A DNA stretch of 64,000 nucleotides, from positions 10,407-74,406 of the forward strand of contig JAAWMH010000017.1 of NCBI GenBank assembly GCA_022798335.1, given 5' to 3'. This document shows positions 38,872 to 48,035 of the stretch, piece after piece (position 1 is the first letter of the stretch; each line of letters starts with the position of its first letter). Made by a program: the position numbers and the translations under genes. The notes beneath the pieces are model-generated. The model did no database searches, was not told where the DNA came from, and was given only the letters and a program-made list of their open reading frames with translations. Source of the DNA: Clostridia bacterium (GTDB lineage: Bacteria; Bacillota; Clostridia; TANB77; CAG-508).

Positions 38872-39912
38872 CTATGTATTAAAAATCCAATTATATGGAT
38901 ATACTTCTTCTCCTCCTAGCATAATAATTTGATAATACATTCCTACAAATAAAATTCCTAGTGTTCCTATCTCCACTAGCATTTTAATTTTAGGATTTTT
39001 TTCCTTTTCAAATATTCTTGGAATAAGTAATATTTGAAAAATTGTAAAATAACGAACTAATCTATCTACTAAAGGAATAGAAGCTCCCATTATAATCATA
39101 CAAAATCCAAAAAAATTAATATTAGTTAATAAATTATATTCTCTGTCTTCTTTATCTTTATAATATAATGTCAATGCAAATATCAAAATATTAATTAATA
39201 ATAATGTTTGTGTAATTGTTCCTGTGTTGTACTCTGAATCATAGTACATATAATATTTAGTATTGACTAAAAGGTTTTGGAAAACTCCTCCTAATATACT
39301 GCTCATCAGTAAAAGTGTTATTGCAATTGCTATTTTAGTTTTTCTACCTATATTCAGTTCTGCTAAAAAATAAATTGGTACCATCAATATTGCAGTATTG
39401 TGCATTGTAAACGCTATTGCACATATTATAATATATTTTATAATTTTCTTTTCCCTTATATATTTGTATCCATAAAATATTAATGCTATTGCAATAGCTT
39501 GTCTAACCATATTCATTGAATAAAAATAACTCTGCCCAATAAATATCATTAATACACTAATTGTAACATTAGTAGAGTTTTCTTTTATTCCTTTATAAAT
39601 AAAGCCTATAAATAATAAACTTGTTATTGCAAATAATATTCTATAATCACCTGTTATGTCATAAATAATCTTGTTTAAAGCATTAAATCCTACCTCTGTA
39701 AATTGCATTGTACCATTTCCTATTCCATAAAAATATGGTACATATATATAAGAATAATCTGTTCCAATTCCATATCTAACTGCACTAAAAAAATAAGTTA
39801 TTATAAATGATAAAAACAATAAAACCTTGCCAACACTTTGTTTCTCTTTTTCCTCAAATTTTACTTTCCATGTTAGTATAGTAGCTACTATCATTATTAC
39901 TATATATATCAT
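38872..39912 (-). CDS. EpsG-family polysaccharide polymerase (Wzy-like)
   Basis: 346 aa with about 10 TM helices. The tyrosine- and aromatic-rich loops and the position among GT genes are typical of EpsG/Wzy proteins. Confidence 0.65.
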   Translation of the reverse strand: MIYIVIMIVATILTWKVKFEEKEKQSVGKVLLFLSFIITYFFSAVRYGIGTDYSYIYVPYFYGIGNGTMQFTEVGFNALNKIIYDITGDYRILFAITSLLFIGFIYKGIKENSTNVTISVLMIFIGQSYFYSMNMVRQAIAIALIFYGYKYIREKKIIKYIIICAIAFTMHNTAILMVPIYFLAELNIGRKTKIAIAITLLLMSSILGGVFQNLLVNTKYYMYYDSEYNTGTITQTLLLINILIFALTLYYKDKEDREYNLLTNINFFGFCMIIMGASIPLVDRLVRYFTIFQILLIPRIFEKEKNPKIKMLVEIGTLGILFVGMYYQIIMLGGEEVYPYNWIFNT

Positions 39913-39914
39913 TA

Positions 39915-40712
39915 TTATTTTTTCCTTTGCAAATATTTTAATAATTTTTTAGGTAACAACCCCACTATCAGCGGTCTTATTGCAAAAATATATCCTTTTG
40001 GCATTAGCCCTAATTTTTTAAAGCCCTCACATCTTACTTTAAATTCATTTATTCTGTATTTATACTTTCTTCTATTTTTATAAGTATCTTGGTCTATTCT
40101 ATAATTTAATAGCTTTTCTTGTATTGTATAAATTTTTATATTAGCAGCTATCATCCTCATAAACAAATCGTAATCTTCTGTTCTTAGTGTTTTTGGAATA
40201 TCTCTATAGCCTTCTATTAATTTATAAGCCTCTTTTCTTACCATAATACTTGGATGAATGATAGGGCTATTTTTTAAAAAGTCTTCCTTTTGGATAATAA
40301 CATTATAACATAACTCTTTATAAATTCCATTTTCATCAAATACATTTACATTAGATGCTACTACACCATATTCTAAATTTTCGTCTAAAAATTTTACTTG
40401 TTTTTCAAACCTTTCTAAATTAGCTTCATCATCTGCGTCCATTCTAGCAATATAAATGCCTTTTGCAACTTTAAGGCATTTATTTAATGTATATGCTAAA
40501 CCTTTATTTTCCTTATTTTCCAAAATAATAACTCTATTATCATTTTTACAAATTTTCTTTACATTTTCTAATGTATTATCTTTTGAACCATCATCACAAA
40601 TAATAAATTCAAAATCTTCATAAGTTTGATTTAATATAGAATAAATTGATTTTTTTAAAATTTCTTCATTTTCGGTATTAAAAACTCCCATTATTACTGA
40701 AACTTTTGGCAT
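39915..40712 (-). CDS. family 2 glycosyltransferase
   Basis: VSVIMGVFN.....L..SI.SILNQTY.DFEFIICDDGS.D and MDADD motifs. Confidence 0.85.
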   Translation of the reverse strand: MPKVSVIMGVFNTENEEILKKSIYSILNQTYEDFEFIICDDGSKDNTLENVKKICKNDNRVIILENKENKGLAYTLNKCLKVAKGIYIARMDADDEANLERFEKQVKFLDENLEYGVVASNVNVFDENGIYKELCYNVIIQKEDFLKNSPIIHPSIMVRKEAYKLIEGYRDIPKTLRTEDYDLFMRMIAANIKIYTIQEKLLNYRIDQDTYKNRRKYKYRINEFKVRCEGFKKLGLMPKGYIFAIRPLIVGLLPKKLLKYLQRKK

Positions 40713-40714
40713 TT

Positions 40715-41794
40715 TTAACCTCCATATATCTCTTTATATTTTTTAGTCATATTATCTACATTAAATTCTTTTATAATATCTTGATATGCCTTACTAGACA
40801 TTTGATGATATTTATTTTCATCTATGCTTTTTATCATATCTTGTATCTGATTTTCTTCAAAAATAAATCCATTTTCTCCATTTATAATTACATCTCTATT
40901 GCCAATGCAATTACTTACAATACAAAGCTTTTTCATATACATAGCTTCTAATAAAGAAATTGGTAATCCTTCCCATAAAGAAGTTAAAATAAATATATCA
41001 TTCTCGTTTAAAATTTGCAATACTTCTTTTCTTTCTTTCCAACCAGTAATTGTTATATTAGTAGAAGTTAACTTTTCTCTTAACTCTCCATCTCCTATCC
41101 AAGTAAAATTTATATTTAGAAACTGTTTTGCAATCTCGTTAAATAACTCTGGATTTTTTTGATAAGCAATTCTTCCTACTGTGCATATTTTTAAATTTTG
41201 AAAATCTACTTGTTTTTGCCTTAACTGGCTTGTTTCTTCTTCTAATTTTGAAATATTTACTCCATTATTAATACAAATAGAATTTTTAGTTAGTTTTTTT
41301 GCTTCTTCATATTCTCCTTTAGAACAACCAACAATTGTACATTTTCTAAAGGTAAGCATTTTTTCTATTAATTTATAACAAAATCTTTTTAAGTGTGAAT
41401 CATCTTTTTTCAAAAAAGAAAAACCATGTGGGTTATAAATTAGTTTCCTGTTTTTTGCACTTATTGCTAATCTTCCAATGGCTCCTGCCTTTGAAGAATG
41501 CATATGTACAATATCAGGCTTCACTTGCTTTACAATTTTTTTAACTTCACACATGGCTTTAAAATCCTTTTTAGGATTAACACTTCTATTAAAATTTTGT
41601 ATTGGTATAAACTTTACTTTATCACTAAAATATTTTTTAAAATCTTCTATTGTTTCTTTTCTTATTCCATAAGCTATTGTTATTTCATATTCTTCATCTG
41701 TTTTATTTACTAAGTCTACTAAAAAGTAAAATACTCCACTTGCAAAGGATTCCACTAAGTGTAAAACTTTTTTCTTTTCTTTTGATTTTTCCAT
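40715..41794 (-). CDS. family 4 (GT-B) glycosyltransferase
   Basis: C-terminal EGLPISLLEAM (EX7E) motif. 359 aa. Confidence 0.85.
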   Translation of the reverse strand: MEKSKEKKKVLHLVESFASGVFYFLVDLVNKTDEEYEITIAYGIRKETIEDFKKYFSDKVKFIPIQNFNRSVNPKKDFKAMCEVKKIVKQVKPDIVHMHSSKAGAIGRLAISAKNRKLIYNPHGFSFLKKDDSHLKRFCYKLIEKMLTFRKCTIVGCSKGEYEEAKKLTKNSICINNGVNISKLEEETSQLRQKQVDFQNLKICTVGRIAYQKNPELFNEIAKQFLNINFTWIGDGELREKLTSTNITITGWKERKEVLQILNENDIFILTSLWEGLPISLLEAMYMKKLCIVSNCIGNRDVIINGENGFIFEENQIQDMIKSIDENKYHQMSSKAYQDIIKEFNVDNMTKKYKEIYGG

Positions 41795-41796
41795 TT

Positions 41797-42513
41797 TTAT
41801 CTAGCTCCTTCTCTTTTTATTATTTTAAGAAAGGTCTTTACTAATACTTTTATGTATAAATCAAAATTGTTATTTCTATAATATTCTAAATCAATATTTA
41901 ATCTATCTTGAAAGGTAATTTCACTTCTACCACTTATTTGCCATAATCCTGTAAGTCCTGGCTTGTCCTTTATAATATATTCATAATATAAGCCCATATC
42001 CTTTTCTTCTCTAGGCAAATATGGTCTTGGCCCTACTAAGCTCATTTCTCCTTTTAATACATTGATAAATTGTGGAAATTCATCTAGGCTTGTCTTTCTA
42101 ATAAACTCTCCTACTTTTGTAATTCTAGGGTCATTTCTTAATTTTTTATAAGTAGTGTATTCTTTTCTTGCTTCTTCATTTTGTGCTAAATATTTTTCTA
42201 ATTTTTCATCTGCTCCTACTATCATAGATCTAAATTTATATAGCTTAAATAGCTTTCCGTCTTTTCCAATTCTTTCTTGTGTATAAAAAATAGGTCCTTT
42301 ATCTTTTTGTGTTAAATTTGCTATTCCTATGATAAAAGTTAAAGGTGCTAAAATGATAATTCCACATATACTTCCTAAAATATCTATGCTTCTTTTTACA
42401 AATGCTTCTATTAATTTCTTTTTTTCAATGGGAGCTTTTCTTTCTAGCTCTGCACTAGCTATTATGTTCATAATAGTTTCATCATATGTAAGTTCACTAT
42501 TTTTTATTTCCAC
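41797..42513 (-). CDS. undecaprenyl-phosphate sugar-1-phosphate transferase (small bacterial sugar transferase, EpsL/WbaP C-terminal type)
   Basis: KR..D......I.L.PL......A......GP.F..QERIG..GK.F...KFRSM and GP.RP motifs. Confidence 0.85.
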   Translation of the reverse strand: MEIKNSELTYDETIMNIIASAELERKAPIEKKKLIEAFVKRSIDILGSICGIIILAPLTFIIGIANLTQKDKGPIFYTQERIGKDGKLFKLYKFRSMIVGADEKLEKYLAQNEEARKEYTTYKKLRNDPRITKVGEFIRKTSLDEFPQFINVLKGEMSLVGPRPYLPREEKDMGLYYEYIIKDKPGLTGLWQISGRSEITFQDRLNIDLEYYRNNNFDLYIKVLVKTFLKIIKREGAR

Positions 42514-42635
42514 TTTAATTTCCCTTTCTTCAATTTACATAATTACTATACATATTATACATTGTTTTGGAACATTTTTCAAGTATTTCTTAACATTTTA
42601 TGTAAATTTTGTTGTTTTTTCACAAATGCTTAAAC

Positions 42636-43196
42636 TTAGGGAACAAATGAAAAAGGACCAGTCCCTTCTTCCCCTTTTAGGGTGAAAGGAAAAAGCCCTT
42701 TTTTCTGTTTCTTGCTTTTATAGCTACTTTGCCTACTACAATTACAATTGCTATTCCTACTAAAATGCCGGCTAGTATCTATGGCTACATCTAATATTCT
42801 TGCTGTTCTTTCTGGTGTAAACAGCTGATGAATTTCGTCTAAAATAGCATAAACTGTACCTATACTAATACTTAATAGAATTTTATTTTTTTCTTTTATA
42901 GAAGTTAATTTCATAAAGCTCATTAATAATAATCCCATAAGAGTATAAATAGAAAAGTGTGCTAATTTTCTTATAATTGCTTCTATTTTTAATAAAGTTA
43001 CTTCTTTCTCTTGTGGCTCTAATTTTTGTATTTGTTTTATATTTTGCGTTACTTTTTGTGTTACTGCTCTACTGAGCCCTGTTGATTTTTGTCCATTTTG
43101 ACTAGAAAAGGCAAATATAACACAAGCAATGCCTAGTAAAAGTACTATTAATATTATTCTTATAACATTCTTTTTTGTTATTAACTTTTCTTTCAT
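42636..43196 (-). CDS. VanZ-like membrane protein, C-terminal part frame-shifted as assembled
   Basis: KLAHF..Y..L and DE.HQ.F.P.R motifs. Removing one C at about 42770 (agc[c]ggc) gives ..AIDTSGILVGIAIVIVVGKVAIKARNRKKGFFLSP* with a stop at 42677-42679. Confidence 0.75.
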   Translation of the reverse strand: MKEKLITKKNVIRIILIVLLLGIACVIFAFSSQNGQKSTGLSRAVTQKVTQNIKQIQKLEPQEKEVTLLKIEAIIRKLAHFSIYTLMGLLLMSFMKLTSIKEKNKILLSISIGTVYAILDEIHQLFTPERTARILDVAIDTSRHFSRNSNCNCSRQSSYKSKKQKKGLFPFTLKGEEGTGPFSFVP

Positions 43197-44035
43197 TCTT
43201 TTTTTATTTCCTCTGCTATTTTCTCTTTTTTTATTTTTGGAATACTACTTGCTATAATAACAATAATGCCTAATACACTCATTATAATACCTGTTATAAA
43301 AATAGTTTGTATCATATTATTGCAAATATAAACTAAGCTTTCTGAAAATGCTGCATTTAATAGCAAAATATGGTGTAGCTTATCTCCTATCCATAATTTG
43401 AAAACAATTTCTAATACTCCTGTTGCAAGGAAAGCAATTCCTAGTGCTCTTATCATTTTTCTTTTACTAATAACAAATATCACAATTAATAGTAAAATTC
43501 CTGCTATTATTAGCCCTAATTCTGCTTTGCTTACTATATTACTTATTTTTTGATAAATGTCTCCTAGATTCTCTACATATTCTTTTGCATATATAATTCC
43601 ATTTTCATATACTTCTACAATAGTATCTTCAAATGTTTGTATTGCTAGTTCTTCTTCTGCATCTGGCTTTCTATTGTTTTGCTCTAATACTTCTTTTATT
43701 CTATTATCTAGTGTTTTTCTCAAATTTAGTATTTCTATGTGAATTTCTTTATTTTCATAGATGCTATCTATTACCTGATTAATATCACTATTTACCTTTT
43801 CTTGATTATATAAATTATCTAAAATGCTTTCTTCTAACCCTGATTGCATAACATAATTTTTAAATTCTTCTTGTATGTTATAATAAGTTTTTTCATAATA
43901 GTTACTTTGTTCTAAACATTTTACTACATATTGTTTATCTAAAATAGTAACCGAGGTAATATGAACCAAAAATAAAGTAACAAAACAAATTACTAGTAAA
44001 AAATTAAGAATATATATTATTGCTTTTTTTATCAT
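43193..44035 (-). CDS. hypothetical membrane protein
   Basis: 280 aa with an N-terminal TM segment, an acidic/coiled central part and 3-4 C-terminal TM segments. 4-nt overlap with the VanZ gene. Confidence 0.55.
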   Translation of the reverse strand: MIKKAIIYILNFLLVICFVTLFLVHITSVTILDKQYVVKCLEQSNYYEKTYYNIQEEFKNYVMQSGLEESILDNLYNQEKVNSDINQVIDSIYENKEIHIEILNLRKTLDNRIKEVLEQNNRKPDAEEELAIQTFEDTIVEVYENGIIYAKEYVENLGDIYQKISNIVSKAELGLIIAGILLLIVIFVISKRKMIRALGIAFLATGVLEIVFKLWIGDKLHHILLLNAAFSESLVYICNNMIQTIFITGIIMSVLGIIVIIASSIPKIKKEKIAEEIKKE

Positions 44036-44092
44036 TTCTCATTTATATTCCTTTCTATATTTTATATAGCTTACTATTTTTTAAGCTTATTT

Positions 44093-44737
44093 TTAGTCTA
44101 CAAATAATTCTTCTTGTACTAAATTAGAATAAGTTAAAAATCTACTTTTAGCATGACCTAATCCATTAGTTGGATAACATGTATATAACATTAAAATTTC
44201 CTTTTCTCTTTGAATTGGTGCTTCTTCTATTTGTGTATCTTTTACAACTTTGGTATCATATACTTGATAAGTATACCTTCCATAACTTGTTTCTATTACT
44301 ATTTTATCTCCTATTTTAATTTCTGGAAGTGTTTTTAAAACACCTCTATAATTGTGTCCCATGCAAAGAATAGACCCTCCTTCTCCTGGAAAATAACTTC
44401 CACTTGAGTGCCCTATTCCATATCTTAAAATAGTTAAGGTATCTCCATAGTATAAAGGTAAATCTAAATGAAGAGATTCTATTTTTAAGCTACCGTATTT
44501 GCTTCCATATTCTGGATAACTTGCTAGGTTTTTCGTGGTTAAGTCTAATTTAACTTCTTTTAATTCTTGTTTACTAGTTTCTACTGATACCATGTCAATT
44601 AGTGAAATTGCCTTACTAATTGAATTAGAAAAAAGTAAATAAATAGCTCCTATTATGATAGTAACATATAGAAAAGCAACTATTATGCTTTTAATAGTTG
44701 CTTCTATAACATTTTCCTTCTTTTCTTTATTACGCAT
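44093..44737 (-). CDS. sortase (cysteine transpeptidase)
   Basis: N-terminal TM segment, a His-containing GHNY motif, the active-site LYTCYP (TLxTC-type) motif and a downstream Arg (KSRF). Confidence 0.8.
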   Translation of the reverse strand: MRNKEKKENVIEATIKSIIVAFLYVTIIIGAIYLLFSNSISKAISLIDMVSVETSKQELKEVKLDLTTKNLASYPEYGSKYGSLKIESLHLDLPLYYGDTLTILRYGIGHSSGSYFPGEGGSILCMGHNYRGVLKTLPEIKIGDKIVIETSYGRYTYQVYDTKVVKDTQIEEAPIQREKEILMLYTCYPTNGLGHAKSRFLTYSNLVQEELFVD

Positions 44738-45278
44738 TTGCTTTTATCTTTCTATAACCTATTACAGTAGCAATGGCAATTATTGCTACACCAGAAGCAG
44801 TTACAATATATCCTATGTAGTTTGCTCCTGTGCTAACAAATTTATATGAATTTAAAGATACAGAGTCATATTGTTTTCCATCTTTGTAAACAGCTATACT
44901 CTTATTTGTTGCATCATATGAAATAGATGCTCCTGCAAGTTTTGCAGCTTCGCTTGCAATATTTAATAATTCTTCTTTTTTTGCTTTGCTTAAGCTTGCT
45001 GGATTAGATACTCCTTCTTTATTCATTAAAGCTACTGCTTCATCTATTTTACTTATTATTTTATCAGCATTTTCACTTGATACTGGATATTCTGTAAAAT
45101 AACGTTTTACTTTTACTAAATCTGCTTCTGAAAGTTTTACTTCTTTTCCTGCTATTGTATAGGTTTTTGAAGCTTTTTCAATTAATTCATTGGTAGTTGC
45201 TGCTTTTACAGTAGATACTGTGCATAATAAAATTGCCATTAAAATTAGTGTGATTTTTAATACTTTATTCATCTTCAT
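44730..45278 (-). CDS. secreted protein with a C-terminal sorting-signal-like anchor (candidate sortase substrate)
   Basis: Signal peptide ..VSTVKA|A. The C-terminus is KFVSTGAN, then a 22-aa hydrophobic stretch, then RKIKANA. Its stop overlaps the sortase start (ATGCGTAA). Confidence 0.6.
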   Translation of the reverse strand: MKMNKVLKITLILMAILLCTVSTVKAATTNELIEKASKTYTIAGKEVKLSEADLVKVKRYFTEYPVSSENADKIISKIDEAVALMNKEGVSNPASLSKAKKEELLNIASEAAKLAGASISYDATNKSIAVYKDGKQYDSVSLNSYKFVSTGANYIGYIVTASGVAIIAIATVIGYRKIKANA

Positions 45279-45410
45279 TTTCCTTTCTAACTTTAAAATC
45301 TTTTCTTATTATAACACCATTTTTTGTAAATTGCAATATTTTTCAAACTTTTTATGTAAATTGTTTTGATTCTATTGTTCTTTATAAAATTTTCTATCTT
45401 ACTATTAACT

Positions 45411-46409
45411 TTATTTACATATATAATTCCAAGAATCTCTGCACATATCTTCTAAAGTTTTTTCTGTTTGCCAGTTTAATTCTTCTTTTGCTTTGTTAGG
45501 ATCTGCATAATATATAGCAAGGTCACCTGCTCTTCTTGGTGCTATTTTATATGGTACTTTTTGCCCTGTTACTTTTTCAAATGTTTTTACCATATCTAAA
45601 ACACTATAGCCCTTTCCTGTTCCAAGGTTATAGGTATAAATTCCTGTTCCTTCTTTTTCTAACTTTTCTAATGCTTTTACATGTCCTTTTGCTAAATCTA
45701 CTACATGAATATAGTCTCTTACTCCGGTTCCATCTGGTGTGTCATAGTCATTTCCAAACACAGATAATTCTTTTAATGTTCCATTTGCAACTCTTACAAT
45801 ATATGGCATTAAATTATTTGGTATTCCTTGTGGTTCTTCTCCAATTAGCCCACTTTCATGTGCTCCTACTGGGTTAAAATATCTAAGTATTGCAATATCC
45901 CATTGATTATCTGCAAAATATAAATCTTCTAATATTTTTTCTATCATAGATTTTGTTGTTCCATATGGGTTTGCGGTTTCTCCCCTTTTCATTTTTTCTG
46001 TATATTCTACCTCTTGTCTTGTTCCATATACTGTGGCAGATGAACTAAACACAAACTTTTTTACTCCATATTTTTGCATAGTTTGCAGTAAAGTAATTGC
46101 ACCTGAAACATTGTTGTTATAATATTTTAAAGGCTCTTTTACAGATTCTCCAACTGCTTTAAATCCTGCAAAGTTAATAACCGCTTCTATAGAATTTTCC
46201 TCAAACACTTTTTCTAATTCTTTTTTATTTAAACAATTTACTTCATAAAACTTAAAGTCTTTTCCTGTAATTTGCTTTATTTTATCTATCATTTCTGGTT
46301 TACTATTTGAAAAATCATCTACTATAATAATTTCTTTTTCTTTGTTTAGTAATTCTACTGCTGTATGACTTCCTATATACCCTGCTCCTCCTGGTAATAA
46401 AATTGCCAT
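45411..46409 (-). CDS. galE: UDP-glucose 4-epimerase
   Basis: GGAGYIGSH, YGTTK (YxxxK) and SSSATVYG motifs. 332 aa. Confidence 0.9.
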   Translation of the reverse strand: MAILLPGGAGYIGSHTAVELLNKEKEIIIVDDFSNSKPEMIDKIKQITGKDFKFYEVNCLNKKELEKVFEENSIEAVINFAGFKAVGESVKEPLKYYNNNVSGAITLLQTMQKYGVKKFVFSSSATVYGTRQEVEYTEKMKRGETANPYGTTKSMIEKILEDLYFADNQWDIAILRYFNPVGAHESGLIGEEPQGIPNNLMPYIVRVANGTLKELSVFGNDYDTPDGTGVRDYIHVVDLAKGHVKALEKLEKEGTGIYTYNLGTGKGYSVLDMVKTFEKVTGQKVPYKIAPRRAGDLAIYYADPNKAKEELNWQTEKTLEDMCRDSWNYICK

Positions 46410-47093
46410 TTAATTATTCTCCTTTGTTTCTAAAATAATTTGTTTTACCTTATTTGCTACTTCTTCTATTGTCATATTAGTTGTATCTATTACATTTGCT
46501 CCTTGTGCTATGCTAAGAGGTGATATTTCTCTATGAGAGTCTCTATAGTCTCTTTCTTCTATAGCTTTTAAAACTTCTTCATAACTTAATTCTAAATTAA
46601 TGCCTTTTTCTTGATATTCTTTATACCTTCTATTTGCTCTTTCTTCTGCTGCTGCATCTAAATAAATTTTGACATTTGCATTTGGAAATACTGTTGTTCC
46701 AATATCTCTACCTTCCATAATTACTTGTTTTCCCTCTGCCATTTTTCTTTGCATATCTGTCATAATCTCACGTACTTCTGAAATAGCTGATACTGGTGAA
46801 ACAAATTTAGTTACTTCTTCTGTTCTAATTTGGTAGCTTACATTTTCTCCATTTAAAAATATTTCTTGCTCTGCTCCATGGTGCTCTATTTTAACATTCG
46901 TATTTTTGGCAATTTCTATAATTTTTTCTTTTTCTTCTATTTGATTAATACCTTGATTTAGGCAATTTAAAGCAATACACCTATACATTGCTCCTGTATC
47001 AATGTTGATTAAATTTAATTCTTCTGCTATTTTCTTAGTAATGGTTCCTTTTCCTGTTCCTGATGGTCCATCTATTGCTACAACAAATGACAT
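46410..47093 (-). CDS. cmk: cytidylate kinase
   Basis: VAIDGPSGTGKGT and IDTGAMYR motifs. 227 aa. Confidence 0.9.
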   Translation of the reverse strand: MSFVVAIDGPSGTGKGTITKKIAEELNLINIDTGAMYRCIALNCLNQGINQIEEKEKIIEIAKNTNVKIEHHGAEQEIFLNGENVSYQIRTEEVTKFVSPVSAISEVREIMTDMQRKMAEGKQVIMEGRDIGTTVFPNANVKIYLDAAAEERANRRYKEYQEKGINLELSYEEVLKAIEERDYRDSHREISPLSIAQGANVIDTTNMTIEEVANKVKQIILETKENN

Positions 47094-47138
47094 ATCATTT
47101 CCTCCTTTTTTCTAGCTACAAGCTACCTATAGTAAGTA

Positions 47139-48018
47139 CTATATTTGTTCTGGCATATGAATTCCTTTTGCTACTACTGTTACTTCTTGTACATTCATAG
47201 TGGTTAATATTTCTATTTCTCTTTTTATTTTTTGCTTAAATTCTCTTAAAGTTTCTATAATATTATAGCCATATTCAATAGATACTTCCATATAAATATT
47301 AGGTCCTTCTGGTGTACTTTCTACTCTTGTTCTAATGGCTTTATAAATTCCCTGCGTTCTTTTTGCTAAATATTCTACTATTTGGCGAAATACAGTATCT
47401 GAAATAGTAAAGTTTCCTAAATAACTAAAAGTTGGTCTTATAATAGATTTTTCTGCTATATAGGGCTCTGTTCCTTTTCCTTTAAACTTAAATATTTGCA
47501 AAGGGTCTAATATATAACCTGAAAAGTCTTTTTTTATTTCAAAGGTTGGAACTGGTATAACATGCTTTCCCTGTGTGGTACGTATTCTTTTTGCTGTTTC
47601 CATTTCTGTTTGTGTTGCTACATCTTGAATGTAAATTCTTTTAATTGGTCTTGGTATACCTAAATTATCTGTTATTTTATCTATCATTCCATCTGAGGTT
47701 CCTAAAACTAAAATAGATTCAGGCTTATATTTCCTGATAGCTTTTCTCATTTCGTTTCTGTCTTCTTCATTTACAAATATTGCTTTTTTAACTGTTTCTA
47801 CTTTTGTTGGCGCTTTTTTAGCAGATACTCCTGCTACTACATTATTTTCATTAATTAACAAGCCGTCATCTATAATATACTCTATTTTATTCTCATTTGC
47901 TACCATTTGAGCTCTATAACTTTTTCCTGTTCCTGATGGTCCGAATAAAAGCATATACTTTTATATCTTCGTTGTTATGTGCTGCTAAGTTGTTAGCTAA
48001 ATTATCAAAAAGTTGCAT
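47139..48018 (-). pseudogene. P-loop ATPase fused to an Asp23/Gls24-like C-terminal domain, frame-disrupted near the 5' end as assembled
   Basis: The ATG at 48016-48018 reads MQLFDNLANNLAAHNNEDIKVYAFI. Removing the C at about 47942 (att[c]gga) continues GPSGTGKSYRAQM.. (Walker A) into ORF 47139..47954. The C-terminal 110 aa resemble Asp23-family proteins. Confidence 0.6.
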
Positions 48019-48035
48019 TTAACTTTTCTCCTCTT

